Assembly (NCBI GenBank): GCA_045654805.1
Contig: JAZOOD010000067.1
Span: forward strand, 2,147 to 66,146
DNA from: Clostridia bacterium
GTDB taxonomy: Bacteria > Bacillota > Clostridia > Monoglobales > Firm-18
Reading direction: 5' to 3'
DNA length: 64,000 nt
The first letter of the stretch is position 1, and each line of letters opens with the position of its first letter. A program made the translations under genes and the position numbers. The notes under the pieces are model-generated. The model saw only the letters and a program-made list of their open reading frames with translations. It ran no database searches and was not told the origin of the DNA. Below, in pieces: positions 1-7,693 of the stretch.

Positions 1-21
1 GATATTTCTTTATGAAAATTA

Positions 22-51
22 TTGACATAATCATATTTCATATTGTATAAT
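22..51 (+). promoter_or_regulatory. Sigma-A-type promoter for glnN: TTGACA (22-27), 18-nt spacer, TATAAT (46-51)
   Basis: Exact consensus hexamers read in sequence; only promoter-like element upstream of the GS start. Confidence 0.55.
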
Positions 52-66
52 ATTTAAGTGTGATAA

Positions 67-98
67 GGCACTGCGATTGCTTTCGCAGTGCCGTTTTT
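67..98 (+). terminator. Terminator-like hairpin within glnN leader: GGCACTGCG (67-75), 8-nt loop, CGCAGTGCC (84-92), then G+TTTTT (93-98)
   Basis: Perfect 9-bp GC-rich inverted repeat followed by a T-tract, located between promoter and RBS. Confidence 0.55.
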
Positions 99-123
99 AA
101 ATGAAAGGTATGGAGGTTTTAGT

Positions 124-2202
124 GTGAACAATATACCAGAAATGTTTGGCAGTCTTGTTTTTAACGAAACTGTTATGAAGGAAAGATTGCCGGAAGATGT
201 TTATGAATTAGTTAAAAAGACAATAGAAGAGGGGAAATCCTTAGACCCTAAGGTTGCAGGGGTTGTTGCTAATGAAATGAAAAACTGGGCAATTGAAAAC
301 GGTGCAACACATTTTACTCATTGGTTTCAGCCTATGACAGGTATTACTGCCGAAAAACATGATAGTTTTATATGTCCTGCTGAAAGTGGTAAAATCATTA
401 TGGAGTTTTCAGGCAAGGAGCTTATAAAAGGTGAACCTGATGCTTCAAGCTTTCCCTCCGGTGGATTACGTGCTACCTTCGAGGCACGTGGTTATACTGC
501 ATGGGATCCGACTTCTTTTGCTTTTATAAAGGATAATTCTCTCTGTATACCTACTGCTTTTTGTTCGTATGGTGGTCAGGCGCTTGATAAAAAGACACCG
601 CTTTTACGTTCTATGTCTGCTATTAACAAACAGACTATGCGGTTTTTACGAGCTTTGGGAGATACAACTACGAAAGCTGTTAATACTACTGTTGGTCCTG
701 AGCAGGAATATTTTTTGATAGAAAAGGATATGTATAAAAGACGTAAGGATTTAATTTTTTCCGGCAGGACTTTGTTTGGTGCTATGCCTCCAAAAGGTCA
801 GGAGATGGAAGACCATTATTTTGGTGTAATAAAGCCAAAGGTCTCAGCATTTATGAAGGAACTTGACGAGGAATTGTGGAAGTTAGGTGTTCTTGCAAAG
901 ACAAAGCATAATGAGGCAGCGCCTTCGCAGCATGAGCTTGCACCCGTATATGCCACAACCAATATTGCAACAGACCATAACCAGATCACAATGGAATTAA
1001 TGAAAAAAATTGCTGATAAATATGATTTGGCATGTCTTTTGCACGAAAAACCTTTTGAATACATAAATGGCAGCGGTAAGCATAATAACTGGTCTATTTC
1101 CACAGATTCAGGTGATAATTTACTTAATCCTACGGATTCGCCTGAAAATAATGAAAGATTTTTGTTAATGCTTTGTGCAGTAATTAAGGGTGTTGATGAA
1201 TATCAAGATTTAATGAGAGTTTCAGTTGCAAGTGCAGGAAACGACCACCGTCTTGGTGGAAATGAAGCACCTCCTGCAATTTTGTCCATTTTTCTTGGCG
1301 AAGAGCTTGAAGGAATATTGGAATCTATTGAGAATGAGGAAGAATATTCTAAAAAGAAAATTGATAAGATGAAGCTGGGTACAAAGGTTATTCCTGAATT
1401 TAAAAGGGATAATACTGACCGTAACAGAACATCACCATTTGCATTTACAGGTAATAAGTTTGAATTTAGAATGCTTGGTTCAAGTGATTCTGTTGCTTGT
1501 CCTAACATCATGCTCAATACCATTGTTGCGGAACAATTATTACAGTTTGCTGAACAATTAGAGTCAGGCAAGACTCCTAAGGAAATTATTCGTGATACTA
1601 TGAAAAATCACAAGAGAATAATTTTTAACGGCAATAACTACTCTGAAGAATGGGTTGAAGAGGCGGGAAGACGCGGTCTATCCAATCTTAAAACTACTCC
1701 GGAGGCTCTTGTACATTATATAGATGAGAAAAATATTGCTCTGTTTGAAAAGCATAAGGTATATACCAGAGAAGAACTTGTTTCAAGATATGAAATTTTG
1801 GTTGAACACTATAATAAGGTTGTTAATATTGAAGCTAAAACAATGCTTCATATGGTAAAAAATGATATTTTATATGCTGTTTCGGAATTTTCAAATGATA
1901 TGTGTGTTTCTGTTACAAACAAACAGTCGGTTTCAAAAAAAATAGATTGTTCAGTTGAAATGGATTTGGCAGAAAAATCCTCATCCTTACTTGCGGAAAT
2001 TTATAAGTGTTCAAATAAACTTGAGGCAGAGATTAATATGATTGCTTCAATGTCGGACAGTGTTGAAATTTCTTTCTACATTAAGGATAAACTTATACCT
2101 TGTATGGATGAATTACGTAAGGTTGTTGATGAGGCAGAAATTGTTGTTGGGTCACAGTATTGGCCTTATCCATCCTATGCGGATATGCTATTTTATATTT
2201 AA
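124..2202 (+). CDS. glnN: Glutamine synthetase, type III (GlnN)
   Basis: About 700 aa with the typical type III N-terminus (FGSLVFNE..MKERLP..VY) and the NGSGKHNNWS motif. Start moved to GTG 124 because GGAGG at 112-116 lies 7 nt upstream; the track start at 88 lies inside the hairpin. Confidence 0.9.
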   Translation: MNNIPEMFGSLVFNETVMKERLPEDVYELVKKTIEEGKSLDPKVAGVVANEMKNWAIENGATHFTHWFQPMTGITAEKHDSFICPAESGKIIMEFSGKELIKGEPDASSFPSGGLRATFEARGYTAWDPTSFAFIKDNSLCIPTAFCSYGGQALDKKTPLLRSMSAINKQTMRFLRALGDTTTKAVNTTVGPEQEYFLIEKDMYKRRKDLIFSGRTLFGAMPPKGQEMEDHYFGVIKPKVSAFMKELDEELWKLGVLAKTKHNEAAPSQHELAPVYATTNIATDHNQITMELMKKIADKYDLACLLHEKPFEYINGSGKHNNWSISTDSGDNLLNPTDSPENNERFLLMLCAVIKGVDEYQDLMRVSVASAGNDHRLGGNEAPPAILSIFLGEELEGILESIENEEEYSKKKIDKMKLGTKVIPEFKRDNTDRNRTSPFAFTGNKFEFRMLGSSDSVACPNIMLNTIVAEQLLQFAEQLESGKTPKEIIRDTMKNHKRIIFNGNNYSEEWVEEAGRRGLSNLKTTPEALVHYIDEKNIALFEKHKVYTREELVSRYEILVEHYNKVVNIEAKTMLHMVKNDILYAVSEFSNDMCVSVTNKQSVSKKIDCSVEMDLAEKSSSLLAEIYKCSNKLEAEINMIASMSDSVEISFYIKDKLIPCMDELRKVVDEAEIVVGSQYWPYPSYADMLFYI

Positions 2203-2256
2203 TATATGTTTAAATTTAAATCTATTGGTAATAATAACCTTAAAAGGAGGGTTATT

Positions 2257-2856
2257 ATGCCAATAGATTTTAAAAATAGTGAGACAAAAATTAATTTAAT
2301 GAAGGCATTTGCCGGTGAATCTCAGGCACGAAACAGATATGAAATGGCAGCAGGAATTGCAAAAAAACAAAATCTTCACGTAGTTGAAATGGTTTTTAAA
2401 TTTACTGCTGACCAGGAAAAGGAACATGCAGAGGTTTTTTATAATCATTTGAGTGAATGTGCAGGAGATACCATTCAAATTGATGGTGGATTTCCTGTTG
2501 ATATCAATAATGATGTCTGTCAGCTTTTGCGATATGCACAGCACAACGAATATGAAGAACACGATGATGTTTACCAGTCATTTGGCAATAAGGCAAGAGA
2601 AGAGGGTTTTGAAACCATCGCTAATTCCTTTTTCGAAATTGCCAAAATTGAAAAAACACATGGTGACAGATTTGCACATCTTGCCGAACTTCTTGAAAAC
2701 AATAAGTTGTTTGTTTCTGATGTTAAATGCAAATGGATGTGTTTAAATTGTGGTAATATTCTTGAAGTTAACCAGGTTCCACAGGTTTGCCCCGTATGTC
2801 AGCATGATCAAGGCTATTTTATAAGACTGGAGCTTGCACCATATACTTGTAATTGA
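2257..2856 (+). CDS. rbr: Rubrerythrin
   Basis: N-terminal ferritin-like diiron domain (NLMKAFAGESQARNRY, EKEHAE, EYEEH) plus a C-terminal rubredoxin CxxC..CPVC motif. AAAAGGAGGG RBS lies before ATG 2257. Confidence 0.9.
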   Translation: MPIDFKNSETKINLMKAFAGESQARNRYEMAAGIAKKQNLHVVEMVFKFTADQEKEHAEVFYNHLSECAGDTIQIDGGFPVDINNDVCQLLRYAQHNEYEEHDDVYQSFGNKAREEGFETIANSFFEIAKIEKTHGDRFAHLAELLENNKLFVSDVKCKWMCLNCGNILEVNQVPQVCPVCQHDQGYFIRLELAPYTCN

Positions 2857-2861
2857 TAAAT

Positions 2862-2895
2862 AAGCCCTTGTTATATATTTGACAAGGGCTTTAAC
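2862..2895 (+). terminator. Intrinsic terminator after rbr (AAGCCCTTGT / ACAAGGGCTT)
   Basis: 10-bp perfect inverted repeat right after the stop codon, followed by a T-rich stretch. Confidence 0.6.
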
Positions 2896-2922
2896 TTTAC
2901 ATAACAAAATCTTTATTTGCTA

Positions 2923-2951
2923 TTGATTTATTCCAAAAAATGAGTTATACT
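2923..2951 (+). promoter_or_regulatory. Promoter of the small redox operon: TTGATT (2923-2928), 17 nt, TATACT (2946-2951)
   Basis: Hexamers and spacing read in sequence, 35 nt upstream of ATG 2986. Confidence 0.45.
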
Positions 2952-2985
2952 ATAATGTATAAGATTAAATGGAGGTATATATATA

Positions 2986-3186
2986 ATGGCTAAAGTAACA
3001 AAAGATACAATAATTATGGATGTATTGACAATAGCACCACAGTCAGCAAATTTGTTTTTGGAAATTGGTATGCATTGTTTAGGCTGTCCGTCAGCAAGTG
3101 GTGAAACAATTGAACAGGCGTGTATGGTACATGGTGCAGATTGTGACGAACTTGTTGCAAAAATAAATGCTTTAATTGAAGAATAA
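2986..3186 (+). CDS. Small redox-active disulfide protein (DUF1858 / hybrid-cluster-protein-associated redox disulfide domain)
   Basis: 66 aa with the characteristic GMHCLGCP CxxC motif and ..TIEQAC..HG..ELV..IN layout; GGAGG RBS. Confidence 0.75.
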   Translation: MAKVTKDTIIMDVLTIAPQSANLFLEIGMHCLGCPSASGETIEQACMVHGADCDELVAKINALIEE

Positions 3187-3215
3187 TTAAAGCTATAAAA
3201 TGAAGGAGGTTCATA

Positions 3216-3509
3216 ATGGCAGAAATGGCTAGTGAACAGAAGATTTTGACGTATAAAGGTAAGCCATTGATGAGAAAAGGCAACCAGATTTATTACGGTA
3301 ATGTTGATGATAAATACAGAGTATTTTTAGAGATAGACGAAGATACCGAGCTTTTGGGTTTGAATATTGCGACTCACGTTAATGTTCAGCTTCAGACTAA
3401 TGATGCTCCGGGTAAAGAAAAGGTTATTAAAAAGGCCGAAAGAGATGGTTTGTATGCTGCACTTGATTTGGGAGAATATTGGCTTACAGATATTTTATCA
3501 GAAGAATAA
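3216..3509 (+). CDS. Hypothetical 97-aa protein, co-operonic with the redox disulfide protein
   Basis: GAAGGAGG RBS 6 nt before the ATG, 29-nt gap from the upstream gene, strong terminator right after the stop; no family recognised. Confidence 0.5.
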   Translation: MAEMASEQKILTYKGKPLMRKGNQIYYGNVDDKYRVFLEIDEDTELLGLNIATHVNVQLQTNDAPGKEKVIKKAERDGLYAALDLGEYWLTDILSEE

Positions 3510-3545
3510 AACAATGGCGTTGCAGAAAAGCAACGCCATTGTTTT
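3508..3545. terminator. Strong bidirectional-looking terminator: 16-bp perfect stem AAAACAATGGCGTTGC / GCAACGCCATTGTTTT, loop AGAAAA
   Basis: Perfect inverted repeat with an A-tract on one side and a T-tract on the other, overlapping the stop codon at 3507-3509. Confidence 0.85.
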
Positions 3546-3555
3546 GTGTAAAATT

Positions 3556-3594
3556 GAGTATGGCAGACAGATATCTGAAAATTCTGCCATACTC
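3556..3594 (+). other. Second perfect hairpin: GAGTATGGCAGA (3556-3567) / TCTGCCATACTC (3583-3594); the loop contains the sub-palindrome CAGATATCTG
   Basis: 12-bp perfect inverted repeat with no T-tract after it. Confidence 0.6.
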
Positions 3595-3603
3595 TATATA
3601 AAC

Positions 3604-3620
3604 AACCAACGAGGTTGGTT
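3604..3620 (+). other. Third hairpin: AACCAAC-GAG-GTTGGTT
   Basis: 7-bp perfect inverted repeat with a 3-nt loop. Confidence 0.45.
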
Positions 3621-3671
3621 GATACCAAGTACAATATATTTTATGTTTTTAAAATTGGTAAGGTGATTATT

Positions 3672-4421
3672 TTGAAGATTGAAATTCCTAATTTTCCTAC
3701 ATCAAATGTTAAATGTGTTATTGTTGATTGCAATGCTCCTGTGTCATTATTTAAATATTTTGATAATCATAATATCAGCTATGTTAAAAGTTGTTATTTG
3801 AAAAATAACCTTGACGCTGTATCCACACATCCCGATATGCAGATATGTCATATTGGAGGTGGAGATTTTGTTGCAGAACCAACTATATATCAATATTACA
3901 AAAAACATCTTGAAATATACGGTGTAAATGTTACCAAAGGTAAAAAAATTGTATCAAGTAACTATCCGGAAGATATTTCATATAATGTAGTTATAACAGA
4001 AAATTTTTTAATGCATAATCAAAAATACACGGATGATATAATTAATAAACACGTACGTAGCTTAGATATGAGTATATACAATGTTAAACAGGGTTATACT
4101 AAATGTGCAACTTGTATAATAGATAAAAATGCTTTGATTACATCAGATGAAGGCATATACAAAATATGCTTACAGTATGGTATTGACTGTTTATTGGTGG
4201 AAAAAGATACAATAAAATTAGGAGATAGAAATGACGGATTCATAGGTGGATGCTGTGGGATGATAGGTTATAAGACACTTCTTTTCTGCGGTGATATATC
4301 CGCACATAAATCATATACGGAAATTATGAAGTTTACCGAAAGGTACAATGTTAAAATTGTATCGTCATCTAATGAAGTACTTACTGATGTGGGAAGTATA
4401 ATTCCTGTTGTGCAAGAATAA
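3672..4421 (+). CDS. Conserved hypothetical protein (resembles the Firmicute DUF6873-type family; function unknown)
   Basis: Long ORF with coding-like composition. Start set to TTG 3672 because AAGGTGA lies 5 nt upstream. Motifs HPDMQICH, QGYTKC and GFIGGCCG noted. Family assignment is from memory only. Confidence 0.5.
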   Translation: MKIEIPNFPTSNVKCVIVDCNAPVSLFKYFDNHNISYVKSCYLKNNLDAVSTHPDMQICHIGGGDFVAEPTIYQYYKKHLEIYGVNVTKGKKIVSSNYPEDISYNVVITENFLMHNQKYTDDIINKHVRSLDMSIYNVKQGYTKCATCIIDKNALITSDEGIYKICLQYGIDCLLVEKDTIKLGDRNDGFIGGCCGMIGYKTLLFCGDISAHKSYTEIMKFTERYNVKIVSSSNEVLTDVGSIIPVVQE

Positions 4422-4439
4422 TATCCGGGAGATGAGTAT

Positions 4440-5234
4440 GTGAAGAAATTATCTGTAATTGTTAACGGGATTAGCAATAACGAAAGATTTATAAATAATT
4501 TATTCACAGAAATCGGTAATGAAATTACAACTGAATTTAAATCAAATGAAATTTCTTTTTCAAATTTAGAGGGGAATAAAACAGAAAGATTGTATAAGAT
4601 TTTAGCAAAAAATATTTTAAATGAATTCAGTAAAAAGGTTCTTGTAAGGATAATAAATAAAAATTGTGACTATTTTGCCAAAGCAGATAAATACGAGGTA
4701 TGGAAGATGTCTATGCGTCGTCTTTTGGATGACGAATATGAAAACAATTCGGAATATCTATACAGGATAGATTTTATAGAAAGTAAGCTAGAGGAATTTT
4801 TTTCTACTTCTAAATCTGTATCAATAGAGGGCTTTGTTAACTTCAGATTAAAGGAATTGGAAGAAGACCTTGAAGATGTTGTGGAAGAATGTGTCAGGGA
4901 ATATTTGTTGGAACGTGAATATATGGAGTTTATAAATATGCTTAAGTATTTTGTATCAATGCAAAGTTCTAAGTATCTGACTATGGAAATTATATATGGT
5001 AATAATATTTTAATTTATGGTGACGGAAAAGATATAACAGATGAATGTTTTGCGGATTTTCAAAAAGAGATAAATTGTATTGATACAAATACAGATGATT
5101 TCATTTTAAATTCTGTTATTTGTATTGCTCCTAAAAAGGTTACTGTAGTACAAAGAGAGAAAAGAATAAATGATGAAATAAAAAAAACATTACTCGGTAT
5201 ATTTGGTGATAAAATTAATATCACCACCGAGTAA
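4440..5234 (+). CDS. ytxC: YtxC-like putative sporulation protein
   Basis: 264 aa, GTG start with GGGAG RBS. EGFVNFRLKEL and EREYMEFINMLKYFV resemble the YtxC family signature. Confidence 0.5.
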   Translation: MKKLSVIVNGISNNERFINNLFTEIGNEITTEFKSNEISFSNLEGNKTERLYKILAKNILNEFSKKVLVRIINKNCDYFAKADKYEVWKMSMRRLLDDEYENNSEYLYRIDFIESKLEEFFSTSKSVSIEGFVNFRLKELEEDLEDVVEECVREYLLEREYMEFINMLKYFVSMQSSKYLTMEIIYGNNILIYGDGKDITDECFADFQKEINCIDTNTDDFILNSVICIAPKKVTVVQREKRINDEIKKTLLGIFGDKINITTE

Positions 5235-5238
5235 TATT

Positions 5239-5550
5239 TTAATATCCTAAAACCAGTAATATAAAGGCGGCTGTCGATGCACCCACGGCTACAGTGAGTA
5301 GTCCTCGCCTGAAATAGGCAAGGAGTATGGCAGCCATACAGCCTGCAACAGCACTTTCAATAGAGCCTGTGCTTTTAAATATTGCAGGAAAAGTCATAGC
5401 AGCAAGTACGGAATAAGGAACATAGCTTAAGAAAGATTGTACCCATTTATTTGTTATTTTCTTTCTAAATATGACCATCGGCAACATACGTATTATATAT
5501 GTTGTAAGTGCCATAACTGCAATTCCGCCCAATAGATATTTTGTATTCAT
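5239..5550 (-). CDS. azlD: Branched-chain amino acid exporter small subunit AzlD
   Basis: 103-aa hydrophobic protein overlapping the stop of the azlC-like gene (ATGA-type coupling). Confidence 0.8.
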   Translation of the reverse strand: MNTKYLLGGIAVMALTTYIIRMLPMVIFRKKITNKWVQSFLSYVPYSVLAAMTFPAIFKSTGSIESAVAGCMAAILLAYFRRGLLTVAVGASTAAFILLVLGY

Positions 5551-6266
5551 TTTTCTGCCTCCTCAAAATTCTCTGTATTGATTGGAAATAATGTAGCGGC
5601 AATAGCACTCACGCATATTGCTGTAATAATTATTGACCAACCATCAGATAAATTTGATAGTGGGGGAAGGTAGTTAAATAGTAGACTTGCAATTATTGCG
5701 AGAATTACAGTAAACATAATACTTTTTTTCTCCCTTGCAGGCGGAATAATTATTGCTATAAACATTCCGTATAATGCAATCCCCATAGCACTTGATAAAA
5801 TTTGAGGCATAAATGAAGTTGCCATTGCACCGACTGTTGTACCCATAGTCCAGCCTAAAAGCGGTGTTAGTATTAAGCCTGTCATATATGGAGTTGATAA
5901 ATCTGTTTTTCTCTGCATTGAAACGGCAAATATTTCATCTGTAATACCAAAGGATATTGCAAGTCGCTCCTTTAAAGTAATATTTGACTGTATCTTTTGA
6001 GAAACAGAAAGAGACATTAAAAAATATCTTATGTTTATAATCAGAGTTGTTATTATTAACTCTATATATGTACCTTTTTCTATTAAAATATTTGCTCCGG
6101 CAAACTGTCCGGCACTGGTTAGATTAGTAAGGGATATTACTATTGCAGACCATATGGGTAGTCCGGATAAAATTACCGTAATGCCAAATGCCATAGATAC
6201 GGAAAAGTACCCTAGACAAATTGGGAAACCATCTTTAATTCCTTGAATAAAATCTTGATTTTTCAT
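5547..6266 (-). CDS. azlC: AzlC family branched-chain amino acid permease/exporter
   Basis: 239-aa polytopic membrane protein with an AzlC-like N-terminus (GIKDGFPICLGYFSVSMAFG), paired with azlD. Confidence 0.85.
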   Translation of the reverse strand: MKNQDFIQGIKDGFPICLGYFSVSMAFGITVILSGLPIWSAIVISLTNLTSAGQFAGANILIEKGTYIELIITTLIINIRYFLMSLSVSQKIQSNITLKERLAISFGITDEIFAVSMQRKTDLSTPYMTGLILTPLLGWTMGTTVGAMATSFMPQILSSAMGIALYGMFIAIIIPPAREKKSIMFTVILAIIASLLFNYLPPLSNLSDGWSIIITAICVSAIAATLFPINTENFEEAEK

Positions 6267-6298
6267 TTTTGCTCCTTATTATAAAATAAGTTTTGAAA

Positions 6299-6327
6299 AT
6301 TATAACATATCTTTTTGAATTTTTCAA
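6299..6327 (-). promoter_or_regulatory. azlCD promoter (minus strand): TTGAAA (6327-6322), 17 nt, TGT-TATAAT (-10 at 6304-6299)
   Basis: Consensus-like hexamers with an extended -10, read on the reverse complement. Confidence 0.55.
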
Positions 6328-6331
6328 TTAA

Positions 6332-6357
6332 AAAGAGTTATCGAAAGATAACTCTTT
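6332..6357 (-). terminator. Terminator of ddh: AAAGAGTTATC-loop-GATAACTCTTT, followed by T-tract on the minus strand
   Basis: 11-bp perfect inverted repeat 6 nt downstream of the ddh stop. Confidence 0.75.
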
Positions 6358-6362
6358 AATAT

Positions 6363-7349
6363 TTATAGCAATTCTTTTCTTAATTCTGCACCTGTTTTTG
6401 GACTCAAATATGCTGGTGGAATATCAAGTACAGTTTTACAACCACTTTGTCCTCCATTATTCATACGATATGCTGCACGTGCATATGCAACGAGTACAGA
6501 AGAAGTAAATTCGGGATTGGAATCAAGTTTTAAACTATACTCTATAATGTGATTGTTTTCAAGATTTGCACCTGTTCTGCCACTTCTTATAACGAATCCG
6601 CCGTGTGGTATACCGCTGTGATTTTTATTGAGTTCTTCTTGTGAAATAAAATGAACCGTTGTGTCATAATCAGCAAAATAGTTAGGCATTGTTTTGATTT
6701 CCTGTTCAATACGTACTTTGTCTGCACCGTCTTTTAGGACTACAAAGCATTCCCTTGTATGTTTTTGTCTTGTTGTAAGTTGGGGTGCAGAACCGCTGCG
6801 TACAGCATCCAATGCACTTTCAACAGGTATAGTATATTGTTTTGCGTCAGCAACACCCTCAATTCTTCTTATGGCATCAGAATGTCCTTGACTGACTCCC
6901 TTACCCCAGAAAGTATAATCTTCGCCATCAGGTAATATTGCCCCTGCATACATTCTGTTTATTGAAAACATACCTGGGTCCCAGCCTACAGAAATAATTG
7001 CAATCTTTCCTGATTCAGACGCGGCCTTGTCTGTGTTTTCAAAGTGTTCAGGTATTTTAGCATGGGTGTCAAAACTATCGATAACATTGAACATTCTTGC
7101 TAATTTGGGTGTTTGTTCCGGAAGGTCTGTAGCACTGCCACCACATATAATCATAACGTCAATGTTTCCGACCATTTCATTCACTTTGTCGGAATGAAAA
7201 ACAGGAACACCTTCCGTCTGAATTTTAACTGTTGAAGGATCACGGCGTGTGAATACTGCCGCAAGTTTAAGGTCTGCATTTTGTTTAATTGCATTTTCTA
7301 CACCGCGACCTAAGTTGCCGTAACCATATATTCCAATTTTAATACTCAT
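6363..7349 (-). CDS. ddh: meso-Diaminopimelate D-dehydrogenase
   Basis: MSIKIGIYGYGNLGRG Rossmann N-terminus and overall Ddh-like sequence (about 328 aa). Start set to ATG 7349 with a GAGGTG RBS; the track's 23-aa extension was rejected. Confidence 0.85.
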   Translation of the reverse strand: MSIKIGIYGYGNLGRGVENAIKQNADLKLAAVFTRRDPSTVKIQTEGVPVFHSDKVNEMVGNIDVMIICGGSATDLPEQTPKLARMFNVIDSFDTHAKIPEHFENTDKAASESGKIAIISVGWDPGMFSINRMYAGAILPDGEDYTFWGKGVSQGHSDAIRRIEGVADAKQYTIPVESALDAVRSGSAPQLTTRQKHTRECFVVLKDGADKVRIEQEIKTMPNYFADYDTTVHFISQEELNKNHSGIPHGGFVIRSGRTGANLENNHIIEYSLKLDSNPEFTSSVLVAYARAAYRMNNGGQSGCKTVLDIPPAYLSPKTGAELRKELL

Positions 7350-7383
7350 TATATTTTCACCTCGATTTTTTAAACATAAAAAA

Positions 7384-7412
7384 ATTATAGCATATTTTTT
7401 AAATATGTTCAA
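7384..7412 (-). promoter_or_regulatory. ddh promoter (minus): TTGAAC (7412-7407), 17 nt, TGC-TATAAT (-10 at 7389-7384)
   Basis: Hexamers, spacing and extended -10 read on the reverse complement. Confidence 0.55.
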
Positions 7413-7422
7413 TAACAAATAT

Positions 7423-7457
7423 AAAAAAACAAAAAGACACTCAATAGAGTGCCTTTT
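7423..7457 (-). terminator. Terminator immediately after tRNA-Arg: AAAAGGCACTC-TATT-GAGTGTCTTTTT-G-TTTTTTT (minus strand)
   Basis: Hairpin plus long T-tract starting 3 nt after the encoded CCA. Confidence 0.8.
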
Positions 7458-7460
7458 CCG

Positions 7461-7537
7461 TGGCGCGCCGAGAGGGATTCGAACCCCCGACCGTTCGGTT
7501 CGTAGCCGAATACTCTATCCAGCTGAGCTACCGGCGC
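7461..7537 (-). tRNA. tRNA-Arg (anticodon ACG), CCA encoded
   Basis: Hand-folded cloverleaf: acceptor GCGCCGG/TCGGCGC, D-arm GCTC..GAGT, anticodon stem TTCGG/CCGAA with loop CT-ACG-AA, T-arm GGGGG-TTCGAAT-CCCTC, discriminator G, CCA; 77 nt. Confidence 0.95.
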
Positions 7538-7561
7538 ATAGTTTTTTTAAACTGCCTGAAT

Positions 7562-7590
7562 ATAATAACATATTATTTGGTAAAAATCAA
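7562..7590 (-). promoter_or_regulatory. Promoter of the solitary tRNA-Arg gene (minus): TTGATT (7590-7585), 17 nt, TGT-TATTAT (-10 at 7567-7562)
   Basis: Hexamers and spacing read on the reverse complement, about 25 nt upstream of the mature 5' end. Confidence 0.5.
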
Positions 7591-7629
7591 GCCCTTTTTT
7601 AAAATTTTTATTATTTTAAGTTTTTAATG

Positions 7630-7658
7630 TTGAAATATGTTATAAAATATTGTAAAAT
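7630..7658 (+). promoter_or_regulatory. nifS-thiI promoter: TTGAAA (7630-7635), 17 nt, TAAAAT (7653-7658)
   Basis: Hexamers and spacing read in sequence. Confidence 0.45.
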
Positions 7659-7693
7659 ATATTGTATGGTATTGATAAGGAGTAATGCTTTAT

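Noticed and set aside
2227-2239. Quasi-palindrome GGTAATAATAACC upstream of rubrerythrin as a PerR/Fur-type box
   Set aside because: The dyad is imperfect: the arm pair at 2230/2236 is A opposite A. It has little resemblance to TTATAATNATTATAA and is easily produced by chance in AT-rich DNA.
3367-3666. Track ORFs 3367-3666 (+) and 3392-3634 (-) spanning the region after the 97-aa gene
   Set aside because: They run straight through three perfect hairpins, including a strong terminator. They overlap a better-supported gene, have no RBS, and show no protein-like motifs.
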